A DNA stretch of 64,000 nt from Nitrospirota bacterium (GTDB taxonomy: Bacteria > Nitrospirota > Thermodesulfovibrionia > Thermodesulfovibrionales > Dissulfurispiraceae): assembly GCA_963796345.1 (NCBI GenBank), contig CAWCLI010000017.1:26571-90570 (forward strand), in the 5' to 3' direction. Positions 1 to 10,050 of the stretch are shown piece after piece. The position numbers and the translations under genes were made by a program. Below the pieces are notes generated by a model. The model made no database searches. It saw only the letters and a list, made by a program, of their open reading frames with translations, and was not told the origin of the DNA. The number at the start of each line of letters is the position of its first letter. Position 1 is the stretch's first letter.

Positions 1-550
1 GAAGATTCCCCAGCTCATTCTTTGTGGTATTAAATGACCTTAATCCCTTGGCCATAACCTCTTCATTGTTTGCGTAAAGTGTCTGAAAATATTCATTTAT
101 ATCCAATACAAACAAGACACCATTAAATTTTATAACTCTCCATAGCTCATCGGAAATCTTCAGCACGTCAGCGTCGCTTGAAAAGCAGCCCAAAACATTA
201 GAACAAAGAATAATATCAAACATACCATTATCAAAAGGTATTTCCAGGATTGATCCTGCCTTAAAGTTCATGGCGTCGGGAGACATTCTTTTGCACAGGT
301 CAATGGCTTTCTCGCTTATATCAAAACCATAACAACTCTCGGGCCTCGCGCGAAGTTCGGTAAAAAATCTCAGCTTATCGCCGCCCCCGCACCCGGCTTC
401 GAGTATTTTATATGATGAAAGCTCGGTTTTGCCCAGCATTATCATCATTCCCATCATATATTTCCAGACCCGGTAGTTATTAAGAAGCCTGTAAATATCG
501 TTTATTACCAGCGGTTGTGAGCCATCCTGCGAGTATTCGAAAGTCTCCAT
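1..550 (-). CDS. class I SAM-dependent methyltransferase (C-terminus cut by window edge)
   Basis: Absent from the ORF track because it runs off the window. My minus-strand translation from the ATG at 548-550 gives METFEYSQDGSQPLVINDIYRLL...YKILEAGCGGGDKLRFF...FDIILCSNVLGCF...FNGVLFVLD. It has the glycine-rich SAM motif I (LEAGCGGG) and later motifs at typical spacing. Confidence 0.8.
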   Translation of the reverse strand, partial: METFEYSQDGSQPLVINDIYRLLNNYRVWKYMMGMMIMLGKTELSSYKILEAGCGGGDKLRFFTELRARPESCYGFDISEKAIDLCKRMSPDAMNFKAGSILEIPFDNGMFDIILCSNVLGCFSSDADVLKISDELWRVIKFNGVLFVLDINEYFQTLYANNEEVMAKGLRSFNTTKNELGNL

Positions 551-692
551 TTAAAATAGCTCCAATGCGGATTACCTTAAGACTCCTGATGACCGGGGAT
601 ACGAACTAATAGGCGGAGAGCTTACTATTATGACACCAGCGCCTGTTCCCTACCATCATAAGAACATCAAACTATCAGATGTGTTCGCTTTT

Positions 693-2737
693 TCACACTA
701 TAAGCCAGTCTCCTAAAAACTTTATAATATCATCATCCTTTGGCAATTTTCCCCACCATTTTGCAAAAAATCTTACCTTCCGCTTCCACTCGGTATCGTA
801 ATCCTTGCTTTTGGCCTTTTGCCAATAGCCTGCAGCCTCATTCTTATAAAAGACTCCGAGACAGCCAGTCAAATATAAGATTGAATAACCATCATTTTGG
901 GCCGCCAGGCAGATATCGGCTTCGATAAGGTGATTTGCAATACCCTCGTCAAACCCTCCGATAGCCATAAATGCCTCCCTGTTAATGCCGATAAGCCCTC
1001 CTCCGACAGCGTCCCTCGTTGGACGTTCAGCGTCGAGCGTCGACTCCTCTTTAATAAAGTATGGAGTGAAATTGTAGTCAAAGCCGATGCCGAGACAGTA
1101 GGACGTCATATCAGCATTTTTTATAGGCATACCGGCTACCCCGTCTCTCATTGCTTCAATGAGGCCTTCACCTTTCAAATAAACAATGCCCGGAGTCATA
1201 AAAACAAGGAATTCCCCTGAAGATGCCTCCGCGCCCTTGTTGTAAAGCTGTGCCAGGTTGTCACCTTCCGACTCAACAACCCTTAAATCTCCTGAGATTC
1301 CTTTAAGCAGATCTTTCATTGCAGCGTCATTGACAACTATGATAGTCTCCCAGTCGGGAATGTAACGCCTTCCGACAGGGATGCAAGACTTGATAAAAGG
1401 GCTTCGGCATCATTTCCTGATGGGACAATGAAACTGACCCTGCCTCTGGTCGCAGGGCCCTGACTCTTGATCTCCGAAGCCCGGGCCCTGACCCGTGCCT
1501 CTTTCGTCACCAGAATAAAGCTTATCACACCAACTGCCCTTTGTATTGCCTTGCCGTCAAGTTTGTAAAAGGCCCGGTCCACATATTCATTAACATTTTC
1601 CTGCATTCCGTCCGGCAGGCCTTTTTCCATTGTGCTGAACAGTTTTTCCCAATTCCCCCATTCTGACACTAACTGCGCTACGCCTGCTTTGTAATAATAC
1701 GAATCTCCTCCATAAGCCTGCTCGTCCAACTGAAAACTCCGGACCTCAAACAAAGGTTTTTTCCAGGCAAGGGCCTCCAAGGCAATTGTCGATCTGCCCA
1801 GGACAACACAATAATTTGCTATGGAAAGGATCTTATAGGGATCATATGTGTAAAGCACTATTGCACCCGGCATGATCTCCTTTATTAAAGCCTCTACTTT
1901 GCTAAATTCAGTTATAGGTACCAGGGTATGCCATTTGAAAATGCAGACCAGTTCTTCCTTATCAAGACCCCCGCAGACTGCTTGCCATATCTCTTTTCGA
2001 TTGATTATAGCCCAGTCATAACCGAGTAAAAAAGCCAATACTTTCCTGCCCTGTTTAATGCCGAGTTCATCCCTGATACTTTTCCTTATAGAGCTGTTCG
2101 AGTATTTATTTATGACCCCGTCAAGATACATATCGCCGACAGTTATCATCTTGTCCGCGGAACACCTGAATTTCTCCAGATACTGCACGGTCGTCTCGCC
2201 CCAAAGCAGGGCCGCGGTAGAATATTCCGTGTGAACACAAGAAGCCACGCTGTCTGTATAGTAATCTCCTTCCTGCAGCGTTACATAAGGTATTCCATAT
2301 TTGGCTGCGGCATGTCCGATCTCCTTTCCCCATGGGTTTACCTCATGAAGGGCAATAAACATATCGGGATTTTCAATCCGGGTCATCCTCTCAAGGCAGA
2401 TATATTCTTCAATACGGGCCATCAAAAGCCTGTCCTGCGTACAAAGCGGCCAGTGCCTTATTCCATCCCAATGGAAAATCAGCTGTATCCATTCATCACA
2501 GAATTTATTTGAGGCCCTCCTGATTTGCTGTATGGTTTCCTCGTCGGCATAATCAGATACAAATTTATATTTGTATCCATTCTTTAACAATTCGCCTTCA
2601 AAAGGATAAAATTCGGAAGTAGTAAAAAATAATATTTCAGCGCCCTCTTTTCTGACTGCTTCCGCCAAAGGAAAGAGATACTTGCTGTGGTGGGGTTGTG
2701 CAATATAAAATGCTATCTTCTTATTCTTTAATCTCAA
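693..2737 (-). pseudogene. two-domain glycosyltransferase: GT-B/capsule-biosynthesis-like N-domain fused to a GT2 domain, frame broken once
   Basis: ORF 1337-2737 ends ...RVSFIVPSGNDAEALLSSLASLSEGVTFP, which looks like a GT2 N-terminus. The adjacent frame continues WETIIVVNDAAMKDLL...GEFLVFMTPG...GGFDEG, which is ORF 693-1319, a GT2 core. A 1-nt shift near 1340-1350 joins them. Confidence 0.55.
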
Positions 2738-3926
2738 GATTATTCCTGCACAGCCTGCCGATCAGGTCGGACAGACAACTGTATCGCGCCTTTTTTTCAT
2801 TATATCGTCTCAGTATCATTTCTTTCAGTTCTTCCGGATTATCCATAAATATGGCGCCATCGCCGGTTTCAATGTCACTGAATATATTATTGTACACAAC
2901 GGCCGTTTTCTTATATCTCACTGCCAAACTCAAAAGCTCCCAATATGTGGGTGATACCATGATATCCGACACTAAACACAGTTTGTTTTTATTGTCGGAA
3001 CCGGCAATGTATAGTTTGCATTTCATTTTCTTGAAAACATCTCCATAAACGCTGTCTATTACGTCTTCCTCTGTAAGCTCTTGCACGGAATAGCCGGCTT
3101 TCACCAGGAAAACCACCAGGGGTATATCCATTTGCCCAAGGACGGAAAGCACCTCTCTTACCTGAGTTCTGAATTTTGCATGATTGATGACGACAACACA
3201 GAACTCTATTTTTATCTATTTTGAAATCTCCATTGTCCATAAATTCAAGGAAGGCATTCATATATGGATCTTCAACGGATTTAAGACAATAAGCCTCTCT
3301 TTTCATCCGTCAAAAGAAATATCCTCTCTTTTTCGATGCCCAGTTGTTCGATATACTTTCTTTCCCAATCCTCTTTCAACACAATATAGTCCACAACCTT
3401 CGCCCACAGTAATGCATTATGCACCTGGGGTTGCGTTTGCAGCCCTATTATCGGCACTTTCTTTTCTTTTGCAAGAAAATAAATCGCAGAATAGAAACAA
3501 TCAGAAACCATAGACGGCATATTTTCCTTCGAAATAAGAGGCATTAATATAAGACTATACGGCATGACATCTATATCGGGAAAGGTGAATGGTAAAATAA
3601 ACCCATAAAAATCATCGAAGGCGGAAAGTTTGTACATCTTAATATCCGTTTCCGGAATAAACAGTTTATGTGTCTGCCTGATAAAGGTCTTTAAAAGATC
3701 GTCCTTGAAACTGTCGGGGGTCGGTACAAAGACCTGTCTCGCCAACGAAACCTGGACACTTTCATTTCCCTTAAACGTTTCAACTGCCTTTGTATGTACT
3801 TCGCCGCTTGAAGTAAGGATATCAATCTTATATCCATCAGCCGCAAGCATGCGGACCAGGTGCATCAACCTGCCCTGTGTCGCATTAAAATTCCTTATCG
3901 TCTATAGGGAAAAGCAGTCTGTGCAT
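2721..3926 (-). pseudogene. GT-B-like (Rossmann-fold) glycosyltransferase candidate, about three frame breaks
   Basis: Fragments 3281-3868, 2989-3306 (N-terminal part only) and 2721-3152 read as one protein when joined. A further shifted start, MHRLLFPID, begins at 3926. The layout (...LVRMLAADGYKIDILTS ... KKVPIIGLQTQPQ ... KLYIAGSD...) is GT-B-like. The family was not recognised. Confidence 0.35.
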
Positions 3927-4046
3927 AATAAAAACAGGTTATTGGCCAAAGGCTGTCGGCTATAGGTACGACATACTACCCTTCTAACTTATTGCCTCTA
4001 GCATTAATTAGTTTTATCTATATTTGTCATTATTTCACGCGCCCTT

Positions 4047-4551
4047 TTAGCAGCTCGTTGTCCGTGGAATCGTATAGCGTGTAACAGCAGCAAAATATGC
4101 TTCGTGGTCGGCGGAATTCTCATAAGCGAGCGGGAGTATTTCATTCATTACTTTGTCGATTACCTCCGGGGTCGCAAACCCGCAATCATAAATACCAAGG
4201 TCGGCGGCGCCACAAGCTATCAAATACTTCAACACATCGGGGAACATGGCATTATAAGCTCCCCTGTGCATCAGGACAAGCAGCCTCATATATAAAAGGT
4301 CCGCATGTATTTCTTTCAGGGCAAGACCCTCTTCAATGTACTTTGCAGCAGACGTATAGTCTTCGTCGCCCAATGCCATAGCCGCAAGATAGGAAAGCAA
4401 TTTAATATAGGAAGGGTTATCGCTCCTTTTTTCATCTTCAGGCACCTGGGAAAGCGCCCTGTTCAGGGCCTCTCTGGCATGGTGCCTTTGCCCCATTTTA
4501 AGATAGGCAACAGCAGAGTCCAAATTGGCTATATATGACTGATTCAGGCAT
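4047..4551 (-). pseudogene. TPR-like helical-repeat protein, frame break near the start
   Basis: ORF 4047-4523 (…AVAYLKMGQRHHAREALNRAL…YTSAAKYIEEGLAL…) has TPR-like Ala/Tyr/Leu periodicity. The ATG at 4551 (MPESVIY) lies one frame off and directly follows the pseI stop. Confidence 0.35.
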
Positions 4552-4567
4552 ATTCAATAATAACAGA

Positions 4568-5641
4568 TTACATCATAAAAATTCTCACTATCCTATCATA
4601 CCACCTCAACGGTGTTCCACTTTTCAAAAATCTACAGGCTTTTTTACCTATAACATCCTTCAAACAGCCTGGGATGAATCCCGTAACCGCGGCCTTATAG
4701 ACCGTATATTTTCCTTGGTCAATTTCACCTTCCTCTATATCCTTCACTACGAATAATGACCGAGAGAACTCCCTGCTTTTCCTCATCTTGTCCGACAGGT
4801 CGTAGGTTACACTTCCAAGCGACTTCTCCGCATCTCTAACAGCATTGACCATTGCCCTGAACTCTTCCGGCTCCAGGGAAAATGCGCGCATCCGGTCCTC
4901 CGAATTTCCTGTCAAGAATAAAATGCTTCTCTATTATTTTTGCGCCAAGAGCCACAGACGCTACCGGAACCGAAATACTTAGTGTATGGTCAGACAGACC
5001 CACAACTGCATGGAAGGTCTCAGCCAAATTCGGGATAGTCCTCAGATTCATCTCTTCCAGTGGCGCCGGATAGGCAGATGTGCACTTCAGCAAGGCGATC
5101 TGTTCATTCCCCATCCTGTTGCACGCGTTTATTGCCTCTTCGATATCACAAAGTGTCGCGATCCCGGTTGAGATAATTACCGGTTTGCCTTTTGATGCAA
5201 TATACTCTATCAAGTGGGATATCCGTTATCTCGAATGAAGCGACTTTGTATGCCGGGACATTCATAGCGTTTCCAGGAAATCCACTGCTGCATTTGTCAA
5301 AAGGCGAGGAGAAACAGATCAAGCCCAGTTCCTCCGGCAAAAGCTTTCTAAGTCTGGCTGCCATTCCCAGGGAGTATATGCCTCCTTATAAAGCTGGTAA
5401 AGCGTCTTGCCGTCCCATATGGTGCCTTGTCTTATCTGAAAATACTCATTCTCGCAGTCTATAGTCATGGTATCAGGCGTATACGTTTGAAGCTTAATAG
5501 CATCCGCCCCGGCCTCTTTTGCAGCCTTTATTGTTTCCACTGCCAGATCGAACTTCTGGTTATGGTTGGCCGACAGTTCGGCGATTATGAAAACCGGATG
5601 GTCCTCTCCAATCTTTCTGTCAGCATATCGTTAATATCCAT
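4568..5641 (-). pseudogene. pseI: pseudaminic acid synthase (NeuB/PseI family), at least four frame breaks
   Basis: Overlapping fragments 5319-5540, 5146-5364, 4836-5213 and 4568-4915, plus an upstream piece, concatenate to a NeuB-type protein. The sequence runs EDHPVFIIAELSANHNQKFDLAVETIKAAKEAGADAIKLQTY ... PVIISTGIATLCDIEEAI ... LKCTSAYPAP ... VGLSDHT ... and ends in an SAF-like domain. It lies directly downstream of pseG-pseH. Confidence 0.8.
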
Positions 5642-5658
5642 TGACTTTAAACTGAAAC

Positions 5659-6234
5659 CTATGGGTCTTCTTTCTCAGCCTTCCTGCTCTGATTACTTGT
5701 AATACTATTCACGATTCCCATGATAATAACATCATACCACCCGCCTTTTTTAAAGACAAATTCTTTCAGTCTTCCTTCTTCAGCAAATCCCGACTTCCGG
5801 TAAAAATCTACCGCCCGGTCGTTTCCATATATGACCTCCAGCTTCAAGGTATGAAGCCGGGCCATATCGAAAGCAACGTTTTTCAGGCACTCAACAAGTA
5901 TGCGGCCGGCCCCCGGCAAGCGACTTCCGGGATTCGCATAAACCCCAAGATATGCGTTTTTATTTTTGAAATCGACTTTATTCAGAGAGATAACGCCGCA
6001 ATATTCTCCACCTCCATGCCTTACAGTCCAGTAAAAGTTCCTGTCATCGTTTTTTAACCGTTCTGTAAATTGTGAATGCTCTTCAGGTGAGATCGTATGG
6101 TCCGAGAACATCCATTTCGCGATCTGTTCGCTATTTCTCCAGTTCCGCACCATTTCCTTTTCCTCATCGCTGAGATTGATAAAATTCTCAAGCACATACT
6201 CACCTACGGAAAAGTCGGCCCTTAAATTAAACAT
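5659..6234 (-). CDS. pseH: GNAT N-acetyltransferase, PseH-like (UDP-4-amino-4,6-dideoxy-N-acetyl-beta-L-altrosamine N-acetyltransferase)
   Basis: LENFINLSDEEKEMVRNWRNSEQIAKWM...ISPEEH..F...YWTV....GVISLNKVDFKNKNAYLGVY matches the PseH pattern. The start was chosen at the internal ATG (MFNLRADF), which overlaps the pseG stop by 8 nt. Confidence 0.7.
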   Translation of the reverse strand: MFNLRADFSVGEYVLENFINLSDEEKEMVRNWRNSEQIAKWMFSDHTISPEEHSQFTERLKNDDRNFYWTVRHGGGEYCGVISLNKVDFKNKNAYLGVYANPGSRLPGAGRILVECLKNVAFDMARLHTLKLEVIYGNDRAVDFYRKSGFAEEGRLKEFVFKKGGWYDVIIMGIVNSITSNQSRKAEKEDP

Positions 6235-7246
6235 GGGATATTTCCCCCAGCATGCTGCAAAGGTAAGCAACTATCCTCTTTGCGCCATTTCCATCAACCA
6301 GGGTCCTGCCCGTTTGTGACATTTTTTCCCTTCTGTCGCTATCTTCAAGTTGCTTAAGTGCGCCGCGCACATTATCCAAAAGCATGCCGTCTTCCCACCA
6401 CCCGGCATACTCAATGCAGCCAGCCCTCTGCCCTCCCTCTATATTATTCATCTGGTTGTCCGCCATCGCCACAACAACAGCCGGCACACCGCCCCTCGCA
6501 AGCTCGTATAATGTCTGTCCACCCGCAGATATGGCTATATCACTTTCAAGCATGACAGTCTTCATACCTTCGGCGCCGGGAAAATAAATCAGTTCTGTCC
6601 CTCCATCGGCCGCCGTCTCGATTTCCTCCTTATTCCGGTATCCCCTGCCGATAATGACATTTTTAGCGACGTGAGGATATTGCATCGCCAATAATCTCAA
6701 CACTGAGGGAGTCATATTTCTTGCATCATCGCCGCCGAATGTGATCATGATGCGTTCAATCTTTTCCCTGATTTTCTTTTCAGGAACATCCCAAAACTCT
6801 TTTCTCAGCGGTATGTATTTGGGGCCGAGCAGATAAGCAATATCTTCCGTCACAGGATAGTGAAGCATCTCTGCTGAAATGGAACCGTTGACAACCAGCC
6901 CTTTCGGATAATCCACTCTTTTATTATCATCGATATAGACCGGAACACGCACGGAATCGGATACTTCCCTGTAAAAATTGACGTCCGCCAGATAAGAGTC
7001 AATAATAACCATATCGGAGTCTTTAATGGAGGCCCGTATTCTATCCATATGCTCAAGCCAATTGAATCTTTTATGTTGCCTGTTCTTCAAAACACCATCA
7101 ATGCTCGCATCACCGTTTATAACGAATTCAGGCAGGATACCTTTGGCCTCAAATGCCTGATACAGGGAAAGGCATCGTGTAATATGACCAAACCCGATAC
7201 GATCGCCCCCCTCCGTCAACATAAGTACTGTGATTTCACCGTTCAT
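6227..7246 (-). CDS. pseG: UDP-2,4-diacetamido-2,4,6-trideoxy-beta-L-altropyranose hydrolase (PseG-like, GT28-like fold)
   Basis: The N-terminus is GGDRIGFGHITRCLSLYQAF. Downstream motifs are IIDSY, YIDD, LGPKYIPLRKEF, ITFGGDD and ISAGGQTLYELARGGVPAVVV..ADNQ, the canonical PseG layout. Confidence 0.8.
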   Translation of the reverse strand: MNGEITVLMLTEGGDRIGFGHITRCLSLYQAFEAKGILPEFVINGDASIDGVLKNRQHKRFNWLEHMDRIRASIKDSDMVIIDSYLADVNFYREVSDSVRVPVYIDDNKRVDYPKGLVVNGSISAEMLHYPVTEDIAYLLGPKYIPLRKEFWDVPEKKIREKIERIMITFGGDDARNMTPSVLRLLAMQYPHVAKNVIIGRGYRNKEEIETAADGGTELIYFPGAEGMKTVMLESDIAISAGGQTLYELARGGVPAVVVAMADNQMNNIEGGQRAGCIEYAGWWEDGMLLDNVRGALKQLEDSDRREKMSQTGRTLVDGNGAKRIVAYLCSMLGEISHV

Positions 7247-7325
7247 TTATTGTCCTGATTTGAAAAAATCATTGTTGATTGTCTTAACATAACACATATG
7301 GATATGTTATTCTATACATAGAGTT

Positions 7326-9008
7326 ATGAGGGTCCTCTTTCTATTTCCCGAACATTATCTCAACATAGGAATTCCGGGTGGAGTTTCCATACTTTCAGCC
7401 ATTCTCAAGCAGCACGGTCATACAGTAAGGGTATTTGATACGACTTTCCTGAAAACAGATCCTGATTTTGACCGGAAACGTCTGCACGCTGATATCCACG
7501 GCGGCAACAGTGAAGCTGACAAGGCAGGGATGCAGCAGTTCAAGAAAACCGCCTATACAATAGAGGACCTTGTCAGGAATGATCCGGTAGTCCGGTATGA
7601 AGAAGAATTCCAGAAAACAATAGATTCGTTCTCACCCGATCTTATAGCTGTTTCGTCGATGACATCGACGTTCGATTTTGCGATGGACCTCTTGAGGAAA
7701 GTCAGGTATAAAGCGAAAGTCATTGTGGGCGGGGTCCATTCTACAATTGCAGTGGATGACTGTCTTGCCCAGAAGGAAGTTGATATCGCCTGCATCGGCG
7801 AAGGAGATGACGTGCTGGCTGAACTGTGCGATCTGATGGAAGCCGGAAAGGACTATACGAATGTAAAGTCAATGTGCTTTAAGATGCCCGGCGGGAGCAT
7901 TAAGAAAAATCCGCTTGCGTCGAGGGTCGACTTAAATGAATTGCCGTGTCCGGACTGGGGCCTTTTCGATGAGCGCCACCTCTTCCGTCCTTTTGAAGGG
8001 GTAATATACAAAGGATCGTTCTATGTGCAGTCCAGAGGCTGCCCCCAGCAATGTACCTACTGCATCAATCCGACAGTGTCGAAAATGACGCGGGGGGACA
8101 AGAGTTATTTCAGAGTGCAAAGACCGTCGGTGACCATCTCCCACATTGCGGAATTCAGGGAAAAATTCGGGGCATCCTGGTTCAAGTTTGCAGACGACAG
8201 CTTTCTGCTGCCGCCCAATGAACATCTCGAGGAGCTGAGAGCAGGGCTTAAACCGCTTGGCATAAAGTTCGGCTGCTCGGTGATGCCGAGTACAATAACG
8301 GAAGAAAAAGTCAGGATAGCAAAAGATATGGGATGCGTGGCAATGACTGTTGGGGTGGAAAGCGGGAACGCAGGCATAAGACGGATGATTAAAAGGAATT
8401 ACAATGACGGGCAGCTTATAAAAAATCTCAAAATGATACAGGACTACGGTATTAAGCTGTCGACATTCAATATCATCGGATTCCCGGGAGAGACAAGGGA
8501 GAATGTCTTTGAAACCATCGAGCTTAACCGGAAAATCGGGACCAGCGCCTGTAATGTGTATATCCTGTTCCCTTATCCGGGCACGCCGATCCAGAGAGAA
8601 TTCAATATACCGGTCAGAGATAAAGACGGGAAAATATTCCCTGTCTACAAGGCCAAGGAATTCAGACTGTCCAGGATGCCTCCGGAAGAGCTGGAAGGGC
8701 TGCAGAACACGTTCAATCTTTATCTCAACCTTCCAAAAACTCTCTGGCCGCTTATCGGGTTGGCTGAATCCACCTCGGGCACCGGCCCTTCACTGCTGGC
8801 AATACTCCGCAGATTCGCTACAGCATTGATATCGGCGGAAACAATCGATCTGAAGCCGGCAGGAAGCGTGCTGCCCGAAGCGGTAGTAAAACAGTATCCC
8901 TGCGATTTTTCTGTTCCCGCACTGCTGTCTGAAATATTCAAGCTGCCGCTTGGCGATACAATGGGGACAGTACTTGATGCATGCCGCAGCTACGCAGAGT
9001 CGCTATAA
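7326..9008 (+). CDS. B12-binding-domain radical SAM enzyme (class B, methyltransferase-like)
   Basis: The N-terminal cobalamin-binding-like Rossmann region reads VLFLFPEHY...SILSAILKQHGHTVRVFD...IVGGVH. The radical SAM cluster motif is QSRGCPQQCTYC (CX3CX2C). This is the only plus-strand gene in the island. Confidence 0.8.
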   Translation: MRVLFLFPEHYLNIGIPGGVSILSAILKQHGHTVRVFDTTFLKTDPDFDRKRLHADIHGGNSEADKAGMQQFKKTAYTIEDLVRNDPVVRYEEEFQKTIDSFSPDLIAVSSMTSTFDFAMDLLRKVRYKAKVIVGGVHSTIAVDDCLAQKEVDIACIGEGDDVLAELCDLMEAGKDYTNVKSMCFKMPGGSIKKNPLASRVDLNELPCPDWGLFDERHLFRPFEGVIYKGSFYVQSRGCPQQCTYCINPTVSKMTRGDKSYFRVQRPSVTISHIAEFREKFGASWFKFADDSFLLPPNEHLEELRAGLKPLGIKFGCSVMPSTITEEKVRIAKDMGCVAMTVGVESGNAGIRRMIKRNYNDGQLIKNLKMIQDYGIKLSTFNIIGFPGETRENVFETIELNRKIGTSACNVYILFPYPGTPIQREFNIPVRDKDGKIFPVYKAKEFRLSRMPPEELEGLQNTFNLYLNLPKTLWPLIGLAESTSGTGPSLLAILRRFATALISAETIDLKPAGSVLPEAVVKQYPCDFSVPALLSEIFKLPLGDTMGTVLDACRSYAESL

Positions 9009-9014
9009 TATCGA

Positions 9015-10043
9015 TTAAACACTGCATTCCACGTTCAGCCGCAAAAACATATGCGTCGCAAAACCCTCTTTGAAATGTGAAATACTGAGTTCCTTTTGGC
9101 TGGGATTGCTGCCGTCACCGGGATAGAACCGCTCTCCCAGCTTATGCCATCTCAAACCGAGAGTTTTCATGTGTTCTATAGCTTTTATCTGGACTATGTG
9201 ACCCAATGGCTTATCGAAAAGATTGCGGTCATACACGCCAACAGCGTACAAACCTTCTGTTTTTGATATGTGGAACAAACCGCCCCCAACCATTACCCCT
9301 TTATCGTCTCTTAAAACGACAAGGAATGCATCACCGCTATTAATTGCCCGCTCCTGAACACTCCAGGTCCCGACTGAACGGGTGGCACGACCGGAAACCT
9401 GATAATGCAATTGCCGGAACTCATCGAATACATTGTGCTCAACCTTTGCAAGCGTGCTTGACTGCCATAACCTGTCGCCCATGGAAAGCAGTGATTTGTA
9501 ACTCTTTCTCATGTTTGCCTTTATATCCTCCATGCTCATTGACAGGTCGACAAACATCTCGTGCGCGACCCTCTGTATCGTAGCGCCTCTGTCCATAATC
9601 TTACGATGCCATTGGTCAAGGCCGTCAGTCCCCACGAATTCGACCCCTTTCCACGTCTTTTGTCCGGTCATCCTGCACAACTCATCAAGGACGTCAAGAC
9701 AACCTGCCATCAGGTTCTTTCTTGTCTTTTCGGCAATTTTATTAATAAACAGCGGGGCATAAACCGGACCTTCATTTGATCCGCATACCCACGCGCCTTC
9801 TGATAATCTCATATTTAAGGGCCACACCCCTACAGGTTTATTTTCGTGGAATAAAACAATTGAAAGGTCAACAAACTCGTCCACTTTTTCCATTATATAG
9901 GCCGACTGGTACAGGACCATGCTGCGTGTGGCCGCCACCGGAGCATAGACAGCAGTGTCCATAACAGCATCCCAGGCGGAGGACGCTTCTGCCAGTGGCT
10001 TTGCATTGCCTAAACGCGAAATCGCTTCATGGAAGGATGGCAT
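9015..10043 (-). CDS. FemAB/CelD-like GNAT-fold (aminoacyl or acyl) transferase
   Basis: The protein is 342 aa with a two-lobed layout: ...FHENKPVGVWPLN... then ...KANMRKSYKSLL...FRQLH....GR.TR....W......I.SGDAFLVVLRDDKGVMVGGGLF...YAVGVYD. This is typical of the FemAB / Acetyltransf_6 family. Confidence 0.55.
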   Translation of the reverse strand: MPSFHEAISRLGNAKPLAEASSAWDAVMDTAVYAPVAATRSMVLYQSAYIMEKVDEFVDLSIVLFHENKPVGVWPLNMRLSEGAWVCGSNEGPVYAPLFINKIAEKTRKNLMAGCLDVLDELCRMTGQKTWKGVEFVGTDGLDQWHRKIMDRGATIQRVAHEMFVDLSMSMEDIKANMRKSYKSLLSMGDRLWQSSTLAKVEHNVFDEFRQLHYQVSGRATRSVGTWSVQERAINSGDAFLVVLRDDKGVMVGGGLFHISKTEGLYAVGVYDRNLFDKPLGHIVQIKAIEHMKTLGLRWHKLGERFYPGDGSNPSQKELSISHFKEGFATHMFLRLNVECSV

Positions 10044-10050
10044 GTTTATT

